Made by a program: the position numbers and the translations under genes. This document shows, in pieces, positions 47,394 to 56,051 of a stretch of 64,000 bases of DNA. The stretch comes from Candidatus Moranbacteria bacterium GW2011_GWC2_40_12 (GTDB lineage Bacteria; Patescibacteriota; Minisyncoccia; Moranbacterales; UBA11712), in contig LBYD01000001.1 of the NCBI GenBank assembly GCA_000995965.1, forward strand, positions 76,923 to 140,922. The letters run 5' to 3'. Positions within the stretch are counted from its first letter, which is position 1; the number at the start of each line of letters is the position of its first letter. Under the pieces are notes generated by a model, which made no database searches, was not told the DNA's origin, and worked only from the letters and a program-made list of their open reading frames with translations.

Positions 47394-47972
47394 ATGCCAA
47401 AATTCATCACCTTCTCCGGACTTGACGGCTCCGGGAAATCGACCCAAATTGAACTTTTGAAGAAATATCTTGAAGAACAAGGCAAGACTTTTTTCTATTT
47501 CCACGCGGTGGAGTTTTCAATCGGCAAAGTAACCTGTCGAGGTTTCACCTCGACAAAAAATAAAAGTGTGATAAAGGCCAATTGGCTGCAAATTCAGTTG
47601 CGCAAAATCGCGCTTTTGATTGATATGTTTAGGTTTTTTAGGTTGCTTAAGATACTCAGGGTTGATTATATCATTTCCGACCGGTATTTTTTTGACAGCG
47701 TAGTGAATATTCTGTTTTTAGAAAAGCGTAGACATCCGACGTCTAAGAATTTATGCGCGGAAAAATATATTCCCAAACCCGATTTCGCTTTCTATATCGA
47801 GGTTAAACCGGAAGCGATCATGCAGCGCGAGCGAAAACCGGATCAGGGAATTGAATATTTGGTAGCGAAAGAGAAAATATTTGCTGATAAAATCAAAGAC
47901 TGGAATTTGATTGTAATCAACGGGGAGAAAGATAAAGAAGAAATCCATCAGCAAGTAATTAGTAATTTGTAA
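47394..47972 (+). CDS. P-loop nucleoside monophosphate kinase, thymidylate-kinase-like
   Basis: FITFSGLDGSGKSTQIELLKKYL (Tmk-type P-loop) and DRYFFDS. The region between them is divergent, and the canonical REPGG motif was not seen. Confidence 0.6.
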   Translation: MPKFITFSGLDGSGKSTQIELLKKYLEEQGKTFFYFHAVEFSIGKVTCRGFTSTKNKSVIKANWLQIQLRKIALLIDMFRFFRLLKILRVDYIISDRYFFDSVVNILFLEKRRHPTSKNLCAEKYIPKPDFAFYIEVKPEAIMQRERKPDQGIEYLVAKEKIFADKIKDWNLIVINGEKDKEEIHQQVISNL

Positions 47973-48029
47973 TTGGTAATTAGGATTTTATTTTTTTATC
48001 CCAATTACTAATTGCTAGTTACAAATTAC
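47955..48029 (+). repeat. Long imperfect inverted repeat (about 32 pairing positions, 11-nt U-rich loop) filling the tmk-like/wzx spacer
   Basis: Hand pairing of 47955-47986 with 47998-48029 gives 26 Watson-Crick pairs, 3 G-U pairs and 3 mismatches. The left arm is a copy of the dispersed motif (1 mismatch). Confidence 0.7.
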
Positions 48030-48033
48030 AAAA

Positions 48034-49530
48034 ATGTCAAAATTTCTCGTAAAATCTTTTTTTTGGGTCGCTCTTAGCGAGGTGATTTACAATCTCTCCG
48101 CATACGTCATTCATTCCGGGATGGGGCGGATTTTGGGACCGGCGGAATACGGGCGTTTTGGAATTGTTGTCACTCTCACGACAATGATTGTGGTCCTCAT
48201 CGGACAGGGAGTGCCGACGGCCATGGCAAAATATTTGGGGGAAATATACGACACGAATCTGGGTCTGATTCCGACCATCAAGCGGCAAACGGCGAAAATT
48301 CAATTTGCGCTCATCGGCAGCGTCACGGTTATATTTTTTTTGTTATCCCCGGTCATTTCCAACATTTTAGGCGATCCGTCGCTAACGAACTTATTCAGGC
48401 TATCTTCGCTCGTGATCCCCGCCTTTGCGCTCGCGTCTTTTTATTTCTACTATTACACCGGTCTTCACGAGTTCAGCACTCAAGCCTGGCTCAAGACTAT
48501 CCGGTCGGTGGCACGGCTTGGTTTTATATTGGGGCTGGCCTATTATTTGAAATCCAAAGGCCTGGCTCTTGAAGGAGCGATTGTCGGCTATGTCTTTGCT
48601 CCTTTTTTCGTGTTTCTCGCGGCGACACTTTTTGATCCGTATAGAAAACTCAAGCCCGAAGGATCTTTCGACTGGCGAAAACTCTTGCATTACGCCTGGC
48701 CGATGACGCTTTTTCTCATCGCCTATGAATTTTTGATTACGATCGATCTCTATCTCGTGAAAGGGATCTTGCGCGACGACGCTTTGACGGGGCTATACAA
48801 CGGCGCGATCACTGTCGGACGGATCCCCTATTTCTTGTTTTATGCCCTGACAATTATTATCCTCCCCGCAGTTTCGAAATCCACGTCAAGCGAAAATCAC
48901 AGTGAAACAAAGAAGTTGATCAGCCAGTCTTTGCGCTTGATGACGATGTTTCTTCTCCCTATCGCGATTTTGATGTCCGTCTATTCCGAGCCGATTCTCG
49001 AGATTTTCTACGGCCAAAAATTTCTGGGAGCGGCCGGACCGATGTCGATTCTCATGAGCGGTGTCACTTTTCTGACTATTTTCTATGTCATGGCCTTTGC
49101 CTTGAACGGCGCGGGGAAAGTGAAAGCGCCGATGATGATTGCTTTTGCGGGACTTGCGACAAATATAGCCCTTAGCTATTTTTTTATCCATCAGTACGGC
49201 ATCACGGGCGCGGCCGTAGCCACATCAATCACCTCTTTTGTTTCAATGGCGTTGGTTCTTGCATATTCTTACCGATTTTTCGGCTATCTGTTCAAGTTTT
49301 CGAGTTTTTTGAAAATCTTGCTTGCTTCGGCGATCATGTATTTTGCCTCAATATTTTTCCCGGAAGGGAAATACGTTTTCATTCTCTGGTCGGCGATTTT
49401 GTTCGCCGTCTATATCTTTATTTTATATATCTTTCGCGAATTCGGCGCGTCAGATCTCGAGATTCTGAAGCAGCTTATCGCCAAAAAGAAGCTGAAAACC
49501 GCATCCGACGTGGAAGAAGAGGTTTTATAG
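48034..49530 (+). CDS. wzx: Polysaccharide/oligosaccharide flippase (MOP superfamily, Wzx-like)
   Basis: 498 aa with about 14 helices and a typical Wzx N-terminus (…GRILGPAEYGRFGIV…). Confidence 0.78.
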   Translation: MSKFLVKSFFWVALSEVIYNLSAYVIHSGMGRILGPAEYGRFGIVVTLTTMIVVLIGQGVPTAMAKYLGEIYDTNLGLIPTIKRQTAKIQFALIGSVTVIFFLLSPVISNILGDPSLTNLFRLSSLVIPAFALASFYFYYYTGLHEFSTQAWLKTIRSVARLGFILGLAYYLKSKGLALEGAIVGYVFAPFFVFLAATLFDPYRKLKPEGSFDWRKLLHYAWPMTLFLIAYEFLITIDLYLVKGILRDDALTGLYNGAITVGRIPYFLFYALTIIILPAVSKSTSSENHSETKKLISQSLRLMTMFLLPIAILMSVYSEPILEIFYGQKFLGAAGPMSILMSGVTFLTIFYVMAFALNGAGKVKAPMMIAFAGLATNIALSYFFIHQYGITGAAVATSITSFVSMALVLAYSYRFFGYLFKFSSFLKILLASAIMYFASIFFPEGKYVFILWSAILFAVYIFILYIFREFGASDLEILKQLIAKKKLKTASDVEEEVL

Positions 49531-49581
49531 AAAACACAAAAAACTATCCGAAGAGGAGTTGCTATATCAAAACATTTTTGA

Positions 49582-50415
49582 TTATTTCTGCGCCAATCTC
49601 ACTGTGTTCCAAAGCAACATCGCAATCGTGATCGGGCCGACGCCGCCGGGGACGGGGGTGATGAAGGAGGCTTTTTTGGAAACTGACGCGAAATCCACAT
49701 CACCAAATATTCTTTTACCTTTGCGGTTCACTCCGACGTCAATCACGACAACCCCCTTTTGCACCATATCAGCCTTGATCAAATTCATTTTTCCAACAGC
49801 CACGACCAGAATGTCGGCCTTCTGGGTATAGCTTTTGAGGTTTTTAGTATGCCGATGGCAGACTGTGACCGTCGCACCTCGATTCAAAAGAAACTGGGCC
49901 ATCGGTTTTCCCACGATATTCGAGCGGCCGACAACAACCGCGTTTTTGCCTTCGATTTTTATTTTATTTTCCTTCAGCAATTTGATTATTCCCAGAGGTG
50001 TAGCGGGCGCGACAATGGAATATTCTTCGCCGTTCTGGACGAACCTTCCAAAATTTAGCGGGTGAAGGCAATCAGCGTCTTTTTGGGGATCAATCGCTTC
50101 AATAATCTTATTCTTATCCATATGCTTCGGCAGAGGCAGTTGGACCATTATCGCCGAAATATTCCCGTTTGCATTTAGACTAGAAATGATTTCAAGAATT
50201 TCTCTCTCCGAAGTTTTTTCAGGAAAAGTGAATACTCGTGACCCGATTCCCGCTTTCGCGCAAAATATTTTTTTTCGGTCCACGTATATCTTTGAAGCCG
50301 GATCATTGCCGACCAGGATCATCGCCAAAACAGGCTTCTTTTTCCGGCGAGAAACCTGTTTCTTCAGGTCAAGAATAATTTTTCCGGACAATTTTTTTCC
50401 GTCGAGGAGCTGCAT
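49582..50415 (-). CDS. folD: Bifunctional methylenetetrahydrofolate dehydrogenase/cyclohydrolase
   Basis: LAMILVGNDPASKIYV, VQLPLP, VVGRSNIVGKP and TPVPGGVGPITIAML. Confidence 0.92.
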   Translation of the reverse strand: MQLLDGKKLSGKIILDLKKQVSRRKKKPVLAMILVGNDPASKIYVDRKKIFCAKAGIGSRVFTFPEKTSEREILEIISSLNANGNISAIMVQLPLPKHMDKNKIIEAIDPQKDADCLHPLNFGRFVQNGEEYSIVAPATPLGIIKLLKENKIKIEGKNAVVVGRSNIVGKPMAQFLLNRGATVTVCHRHTKNLKSYTQKADILVVAVGKMNLIKADMVQKGVVVIDVGVNRKGKRIFGDVDFASVSKKASFITPVPGGVGPITIAMLLWNTVRLAQK

Positions 50416-50473
50416 TTCTTCGGAATGATTTCTTATGCTAGAATTGTAATAGAGAATTGAGCGAAAGGCAACT

Positions 50474-51271
50474 ATGATACGCTTTGCCGCGATTACTCCT
50501 CATCCGCCAATTATTATTCCGACTATCGGTCGGAGTAATTTGAATTTGAGCAGAAAAACCGTGAATGCGATGAAGGCGGCTGGAGAAAAATTCCGTTCCG
50601 TAAAAGCGAATACGATTGTTCTGATTTCACCCCATGGTCCGGTGCAATACGATAAATTCATTATCAACTATTCTCCCACTCTTCGCGGAGATTTGTCCTC
50701 TTTCGGCGATCATCGCCGGTTTATTTTCGAAAATGACCGCGAACTCATTGACGAGATTATGGAAAGTAGCCGGATGGCCCGATTGCCGATTGGCCTAGCG
50801 AGGGAACTCGAACTTGATCATGGAGCCCTGGTGCCTCTTTATTATTTGATGAATGAAAAGGATTTGGGCTATAATCCGCGGCTGATCCATATGTCATATT
50901 CAATGCTGCCTTTGGATTATCATTTCCGATTTGGAGAAATTTTGGGGAGTGTCTTGCAAGGCAGCCCAAAACTGATCTCTTTCATTGCGAGTGGAGATTT
51001 GTCGCACCGGGTTTCGCTTGATGCTCCGGCCGGATACTCCCCCCAAGGAAGAGTGTTTGACAGGATGCTCATTGATTTAATCCAGCAAAAAAACACCAAA
51101 GGCGTTCTGAATATCGACCCATATCTCATTGAAGAATCCGGAGAATGCGGTTTGCGTTCGATTATCATGCTCTTGGGTGCTCTCAAGAACACGAGATGGG
51201 AAGTGAAGAATTTGAGTTATGAAGCTCCTTTCGGAGTGGGATACATGGTGGCGAGCCTTAATATCAAATAA
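50474..51271 (+). CDS. LigB-family (class III extradiol dioxygenase subunit B-like) protein
   Basis: AAITPHPPIIIP, LISPHGP, ELDHGALVPL and SGDLSHR. Confidence 0.6.
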   Translation: MIRFAAITPHPPIIIPTIGRSNLNLSRKTVNAMKAAGEKFRSVKANTIVLISPHGPVQYDKFIINYSPTLRGDLSSFGDHRRFIFENDRELIDEIMESSRMARLPIGLARELELDHGALVPLYYLMNEKDLGYNPRLIHMSYSMLPLDYHFRFGEILGSVLQGSPKLISFIASGDLSHRVSLDAPAGYSPQGRVFDRMLIDLIQQKNTKGVLNIDPYLIEESGECGLRSIIMLLGALKNTRWEVKNLSYEAPFGVGYMVASLNIK

Positions 51272-51355
51272 TTAGATAATCAAAAAACGCAAAGCGAGGA
51301 ACGAAAATCATTAGTATCGCTTCGCAATTAATCACTATTCTTTCCCCGAAAAAAA

Positions 51356-53290
51356 ATGAAAGGCAATTATATAATAAAAATCGCTCCGCTCATTCGCTTG
51401 CCAATCGCGAGAACGCAGGTTTTCTCGTATTTATTCCGGAAGCCGATAAAAAGCGGGAGCCTGGTGGAAATACCTTTCTATAATCGCGTCATTTCAGGGA
51501 TCGCATTGGACAGCCGAGAGGATTTTCCCCGAAAAGGAAATTTTGAACTGAAGAATGTGAAAAACATCGTGGAAGAAGAAATGCTTACCGAAAAACAAAT
51601 CAAATTTGCAAAAAAAATGGCGGATTTCTATCTTTCTCCGCTTGGGATAATTTTGAAGATGATGGTTCCGAAAATCTCGGAAATGAAGAAAAAAAAACGA
51701 ATGAATGCGGCGAAGATTGAGATAATAAAAAAAAGCGGTCGGACGAAGGAAATAACAGGCGCAAAAAGCAAAGAAGTCGTCTTGGTCGGTCCCGAAGATG
51801 AAAGAGATAAGGATATATTTTCAGCCATGAAGCAGGCAATTGCAGAAAATAAGCAATTATTGTATCTTATTTCTGAGATATTTCCTGCAGCTGCTTTTTT
51901 TGAAAATCTCAAAAAACATTTTCAAACAGAAGAAATTGCCCTGATTCACGGATCGGTCTCAAAAGGAAATTTCTTTGACGTTTGGGAAAAAATCAAAAAT
52001 GGAGAAATCAAGATAGTCGTCGCTACGAAAACGGGCCTATTTCTCCCCTTTTGCGGGCTTGGGACGATCGCGGTCGAGGAATCCGGTGAAATTTCACACA
52101 AGCAATGGGACATGAACCCGAGATACAACGCGGCTCGAGCCGCCAAGTTGCTGGCCGATATCCATGGTGCGAAAATAATATATTCAAATTCCGTTCCAAC
52201 TGTTGAAATGTGGAAAAGAAAAAAAGAGAAGTTTGTTCAAGCATCGGATTTGGGTGAAGATAATTCAAACCGGAGCGAAATCAGAATATCGAACATCTTC
52301 AGAGAAAAAAAGAGCGCTGACTTTCCGATTGCAAAGGAGCTTTACAAGTCGCTCTCAAGCATAATAGACAGAAAAGAAAAGGCGCTGCTGGTCGTGAACC
52401 GAAAAGGATTTTCAAGTTATTCGATTTGCCGAAGCTGCAAAACAGTTTTGCGCTGTCCAGAATGCAACCGGGCGCTGGTCTATTTTGAAGAAAAAGAAAA
52501 ATACAGATGCCTTCATTGCAGCCATAAAATGGATCTTTTTTGCGCCTGTCCTTCTTGCGGGGCATGCCAATTTTCACATCAGGGAATAGGTATCCAGCTG
52601 GTCGAGAAAAAAATCAGAAGGCTTTTCCCGTCAGCGCGAATACTGCGTCTTGAAGCTGACGCTTCGAAATCGAAAAAGAAAAGCGAAAAAATGTTGAAAG
52701 ATTTGTCGGATGAAAATTTCGACATTCTCATCGGCACGCAAGTCGCCTTGAAAATTGGCAGACTTTGCAAATTCAACCTAGTTGCTTTTCCCAGCTTTGA
52801 CGATTTGGGAAGCATTCCCGATTTCAACTCGAGAGAAATGGTCTTTGCGATTCTTGGCCAAGCTGAGGGCCTTCTGAAAAAAAGCGGCATTTTGATCGTT
52901 CAAACGGTTTATCCCGACAGTTTTTTGCTGGGCTCGTTCAAAAACCGAAATTGGGCTGAGTTTTTCGAAAAAGAGCTGAAGGAAAGAAAAAAAACCATGA
53001 ATCCCCCGTTTTCAAGGATAATCAAAATTATTTTTAGAGATAAAAACAAAATAAAAGCGAAAAATGAGGCTAACAAGGTATATGGCTTGCTCGAAGCGCT
53101 TGCGGATAGTAATATTGATATAGGCGAACCATACGATCCCTTTGCGGCCAAAAGAAGAGGATACTATCATAAAAATATACTGATCAAAGCCGTGCCAGGA
53201 ACCGAAATGCGCAAATTACCTTTTTTTTCCGTGATTAGCGGCCTGCGAAAGGGCTGGGTGGTTGATGTTGATCCGATAAGCACGCTTTAG
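51356..53290 (+). CDS. priA: Primosomal protein N' (PriA) homolog with degenerate helicase motifs
   Basis: Colinear with PriA. The 4x Cys-pair zinc region is intact: CRSC…CPEC…CLHC…CPSC. Walker A GxGKT is GPEDERDK, DEEH is VEESGE, and motif VI GRAGR is GLLKK. Synteny is priA-def-fmt. Confidence 0.8.
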   Translation: MKGNYIIKIAPLIRLPIARTQVFSYLFRKPIKSGSLVEIPFYNRVISGIALDSREDFPRKGNFELKNVKNIVEEEMLTEKQIKFAKKMADFYLSPLGIILKMMVPKISEMKKKKRMNAAKIEIIKKSGRTKEITGAKSKEVVLVGPEDERDKDIFSAMKQAIAENKQLLYLISEIFPAAAFFENLKKHFQTEEIALIHGSVSKGNFFDVWEKIKNGEIKIVVATKTGLFLPFCGLGTIAVEESGEISHKQWDMNPRYNAARAAKLLADIHGAKIIYSNSVPTVEMWKRKKEKFVQASDLGEDNSNRSEIRISNIFREKKSADFPIAKELYKSLSSIIDRKEKALLVVNRKGFSSYSICRSCKTVLRCPECNRALVYFEEKEKYRCLHCSHKMDLFCACPSCGACQFSHQGIGIQLVEKKIRRLFPSARILRLEADASKSKKKSEKMLKDLSDENFDILIGTQVALKIGRLCKFNLVAFPSFDDLGSIPDFNSREMVFAILGQAEGLLKKSGILIVQTVYPDSFLLGSFKNRNWAEFFEKELKERKKTMNPPFSRIIKIIFRDKNKIKAKNEANKVYGLLEALADSNIDIGEPYDPFAAKRRGYYHKNILIKAVPGTEMRKLPFFSVISGLRKGWVVDVDPISTL

Positions 53291-53356
53291 CTGTACGAAT
53301 CTCTCTCGAATCCGAAAAAATGAAGTTCGAAATTCGTATAAGCATGCAACGTCGCG

Positions 53357-53373
53357 AATTAGTAATTCGTAAT
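53357..53373 (+). repeat. Dispersed motif copy AATTAGTAATTCGTAAT, 3 nt upstream of the def ATG
   Basis: Identical 17-mer to 45471-45487. Confidence 0.9.
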
Positions 53374-53376
53374 GTT

Positions 53377-53817
53377 ATGCTGAAGATTATAAAATATCCT
53401 GATGATTTTCTCCGCAAAAAGTCGGAAGAAGTGAAAGATTTCAAAGACCCGCAGATCGCGAAGCTGGTTTCAGATATGTTGAAAACAATGGAAGCGGAAA
53501 AAGGAATTGGACTTGCCGCGCCGCAGGTCAATTCCAGCCTTCGAATTTGCGTCGTCCGGGTTGACAACACAGCGCATATATTAATCAATCCAAAAATAAA
53601 ATCTTTTTCCCGAAAAAAAGAAGTTTTCGAAGAGGGGTGCCTGAGCTTTCCGGGAAAGTTTTTTCCGGTTGAACGGCCGGTAAAGGTGAAAATAAAAGCA
53701 AAAGATCTTGATGGCAGGAAAATAAAGATCAAAGCTGAAGGGCTTTTGGCGCGCGTGCTTCAGCATGAAATAGATCATCTTGACGGAGTTTTGATAATTG
53801 ACAGAATTGTAAAATGA
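53377..53817 (+). CDS. def: Peptide deformylase
   Basis: GIGLAAPQV, EGCLSFPG and QHEIDHLDG. Start chosen at MLKIIKYPD. Confidence 0.92.
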   Translation: MLKIIKYPDDFLRKKSEEVKDFKDPQIAKLVSDMLKTMEAEKGIGLAAPQVNSSLRICVVRVDNTAHILINPKIKSFSRKKEVFEEGCLSFPGKFFPVERPVKVKIKAKDLDGRKIKIKAEGLLARVLQHEIDHLDGVLIIDRIVK

Positions 53818-54812
53818 TGATTGGGATTTCTCCCAAGATCCGATCTTGGGAAAGTTTGAGGAAAGAGAATATCAAGATTATTTTTTTTGGAACTCCGCAT
53901 TTTGCGGAAAAAATTCTCAAGGAAATAATCACGGCTGGCTATAGTGTCGTGGCCGTCTTCACCCAGCCGGATAAAAAATTTGGGAGGTCGCGGATGATGA
54001 AAAAATCAGCTGTCAAAGAACTGGCCGAAAAAAAAACCATTCCCGTTTTTGAGTCGCAGAATCTCAGGCAAGAAAAGGCAGTCAAGGAAATTATGAAACT
54101 GCGCCCGGATCTTATCGTCGTCGCCGCGTATGGAAAGATTCTTCCCAAATCAATTCTTGAAATTCCGAAATACGGGGCAATAAATATTCATGCTTCGCTT
54201 CTTCCAAAATTCCGCGGCGCCTCCCCCGTTCAAGAGGCCATACTTTCAGGGGAAAATAAAACGGGGATCACTTTGATGCTGATGAACGAAAAATTAGATG
54301 CCGGAGAGATCATAAACCAGGAATCGATTTCAATCAAAAAAAAAGACACCACTCACAGTTTGAGCGAAAAATTGGCTGACGTCGGAGGAAGAGCTTTGCT
54401 CGAAACCATTCCCCTTTGGATTAGCGGATCAATCAAGCCAACTTTGCAAAATGAAAAAGAAGCCACTTTTTGCCGAACAGTAAAAAAAGAAGATGGAAAA
54501 ATCGATTGGAATGATCCGGCGGAAACAATTTTTAGGAAATGGAGAGCATATAAAGTTTGGCCGGGAATATTTGCTTATTTTACCTTAAGAATGGGGAAAA
54601 AAAGGCTGAAGCTGGCGGAGATAGAGATGGAAGAAAAGGAGGATATTGGAGAATTGCCCGGAAAAGTGATAAAATATAAAGACAAGATAGCCGTTCAAGC
54701 AAAAAAAGGATTAATAGTGCTGGAGAGAGTCCAACTCGAGGGGAAAAAAGAAATGACAGTCGAGGAGTTTTTGAAAGGACACAAAGATTTTTTAGGCAAT
54801 GTCTTGGTTTAA
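53814..54812 (+). CDS. fmt: Methionyl-tRNA formyltransferase
   Basis: IIFFGTPHFA, HASLLPKFRGASPVQEAIL, and an ATGA overlap with def. Confidence 0.9.
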   Translation: MMIGISPKIRSWESLRKENIKIIFFGTPHFAEKILKEIITAGYSVVAVFTQPDKKFGRSRMMKKSAVKELAEKKTIPVFESQNLRQEKAVKEIMKLRPDLIVVAAYGKILPKSILEIPKYGAINIHASLLPKFRGASPVQEAILSGENKTGITLMLMNEKLDAGEIINQESISIKKKDTTHSLSEKLADVGGRALLETIPLWISGSIKPTLQNEKEATFCRTVKKEDGKIDWNDPAETIFRKWRAYKVWPGIFAYFTLRMGKKRLKLAEIEMEEKEDIGELPGKVIKYKDKIAVQAKKGLIVLERVQLEGKKEMTVEEFLKGHKDFLGNVLV

Positions 54813-54824
54813 TAAAACAAAAAA

Positions 54825-55664
54825 ATGCAAAAAGAAAATCCGGAATTTTATCGGAAAAATCAAAACAAAATTTTTATTCTGGGGTTTGTCCTGATTTTAG
54901 CCGTGATCAGCTGGTCTTTAGTCCGGCCGATTATCTTCAAAAATACCCAAAAAGAAGAAAAAGATTCAAAAATAAATGAAGAGATTCTCAAAGCTCCATT
55001 GATTACTTTGAAAGAATTTTCCGAAAAAATTAGGGACAACGAAAAACTGTTCATCGTCGATCTCCGAAACGCCGGTGATTTTTCCGCGGGGCATATAGCC
55101 GGTGCAATAAATTTTCTGCCCGGAACAGGCCTGGCAGATCAAATCAAAAAGGCCGGTGCTGAAAATACGACCAACATTGTTATCGTGAATAAAGGCGAAA
55201 ATGTTTTTGAGGCTGCCGAAGCGGCTAATGATATCATTGCCGCGGGTTTCGTGAATGCGAAATATCTTCGCGGGGGAATAACGGACTGGCGCAATGAAGG
55301 TTATACTTTGGTTTCAGGAGGAAATTCTCCAGGCGATCAAAGCAAAATAAAAAAAATAACAGTTGAAAAATTAGCCAGTGAACTTTCAGGCGGAGACGAA
55401 CTTGTCCAATTTATTGATATAAGAGACAAAGAAAAATTCAATCAAGGCCACATACCAAGGTCAATCAATCTTCCGCTTCCCCATCTTGAATCAAACCAGA
55501 AAGCCATTTCTCCCGTAAAAAAAGCAGTTGTTTATGGTGAAAACGAGGAAGAAGCGAGCAAGGCGGCAGTGATTCTATTCGACCTGAATTTTTTCAATGT
55601 CTATGTTCTTGACGGCGGATTGGCATCCTGGAAAAACAATAACGGAAAAATAGTGAGCGACTGA
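54825..55664 (+). CDS. Membrane-anchored protein with two rhodanese-homology domains (no catalytic Cys visible)
   Basis: A TM helix is followed by two domains: FIVDLRNAGDFSAGHIAGAINF and FIDIRDKEKFNQGHIPRSINLP. The active-site loop positions read VNKGENV and VYGENEE. Confidence 0.72.
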   Translation: MQKENPEFYRKNQNKIFILGFVLILAVISWSLVRPIIFKNTQKEEKDSKINEEILKAPLITLKEFSEKIRDNEKLFIVDLRNAGDFSAGHIAGAINFLPGTGLADQIKKAGAENTTNIVIVNKGENVFEAAEAANDIIAAGFVNAKYLRGGITDWRNEGYTLVSGGNSPGDQSKIKKITVEKLASELSGGDELVQFIDIRDKEKFNQGHIPRSINLPLPHLESNQKAISPVKKAVVYGENEEEASKAAVILFDLNFFNVYVLDGGLASWKNNNGKIVSD

Positions 55665-55683
55665 CAGTTTAAAGCCGAGCCTT

Positions 55684-55712
55684 AAAAAAAATCCCGCGGA
55701 AAGCGGGATTTC
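55684..55712. terminator. Bidirectional terminator (strong for groES on the minus strand)
   Basis: ATCCCGC ggaaa GCGGGAT, with A7 upstream (T-run on the minus strand) and TTTCAAAAT downstream. Confidence 0.7.
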
Positions 55713-55735
55713 AAAATGCTTGGCTTTTGTTGTCT

Positions 55736-56011
55736 CTATTTTACTATTGCCAAAATGTCCTCGTTCTTGACCAAAAGATATTCAGCTTCCCCGATCTTGA
55801 TTTCATTTCCGGAATATTTCGAATAGATCACCTTTTGTCCGGCCTTCACTTTGATTTTTTTATCCATTCCGACGGCGATAACAACACCTTCCTGCGGCTT
55901 TTCTTCACTTGTGTCGGGAAGGACGATGCCGGAAGCGGTTTTCGAGTTTGATTTCGCGGGTTCAATCAGGACGTTCTCGCCTAGAGGTTCAATATTGGGT
56001 TTTTTTGCCAT
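55736..56011 (-). CDS. groES: Co-chaperonin GroES
   Basis: LGENVLIEP…KTASGIVLPDTSEEKPQEGVVIAVG…KVIYSKYSGNEI. Confidence 0.92.
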   Translation of the reverse strand: MAKKPNIEPLGENVLIEPAKSNSKTASGIVLPDTSEEKPQEGVVIAVGMDKKIKVKAGQKVIYSKYSGNEIKIGEAEYLLVKNEDILAIVK

Positions 56012-56051
56012 GGCTTTGAAAAATTATGATTAGCTGTTTTGGAAAAATTAT

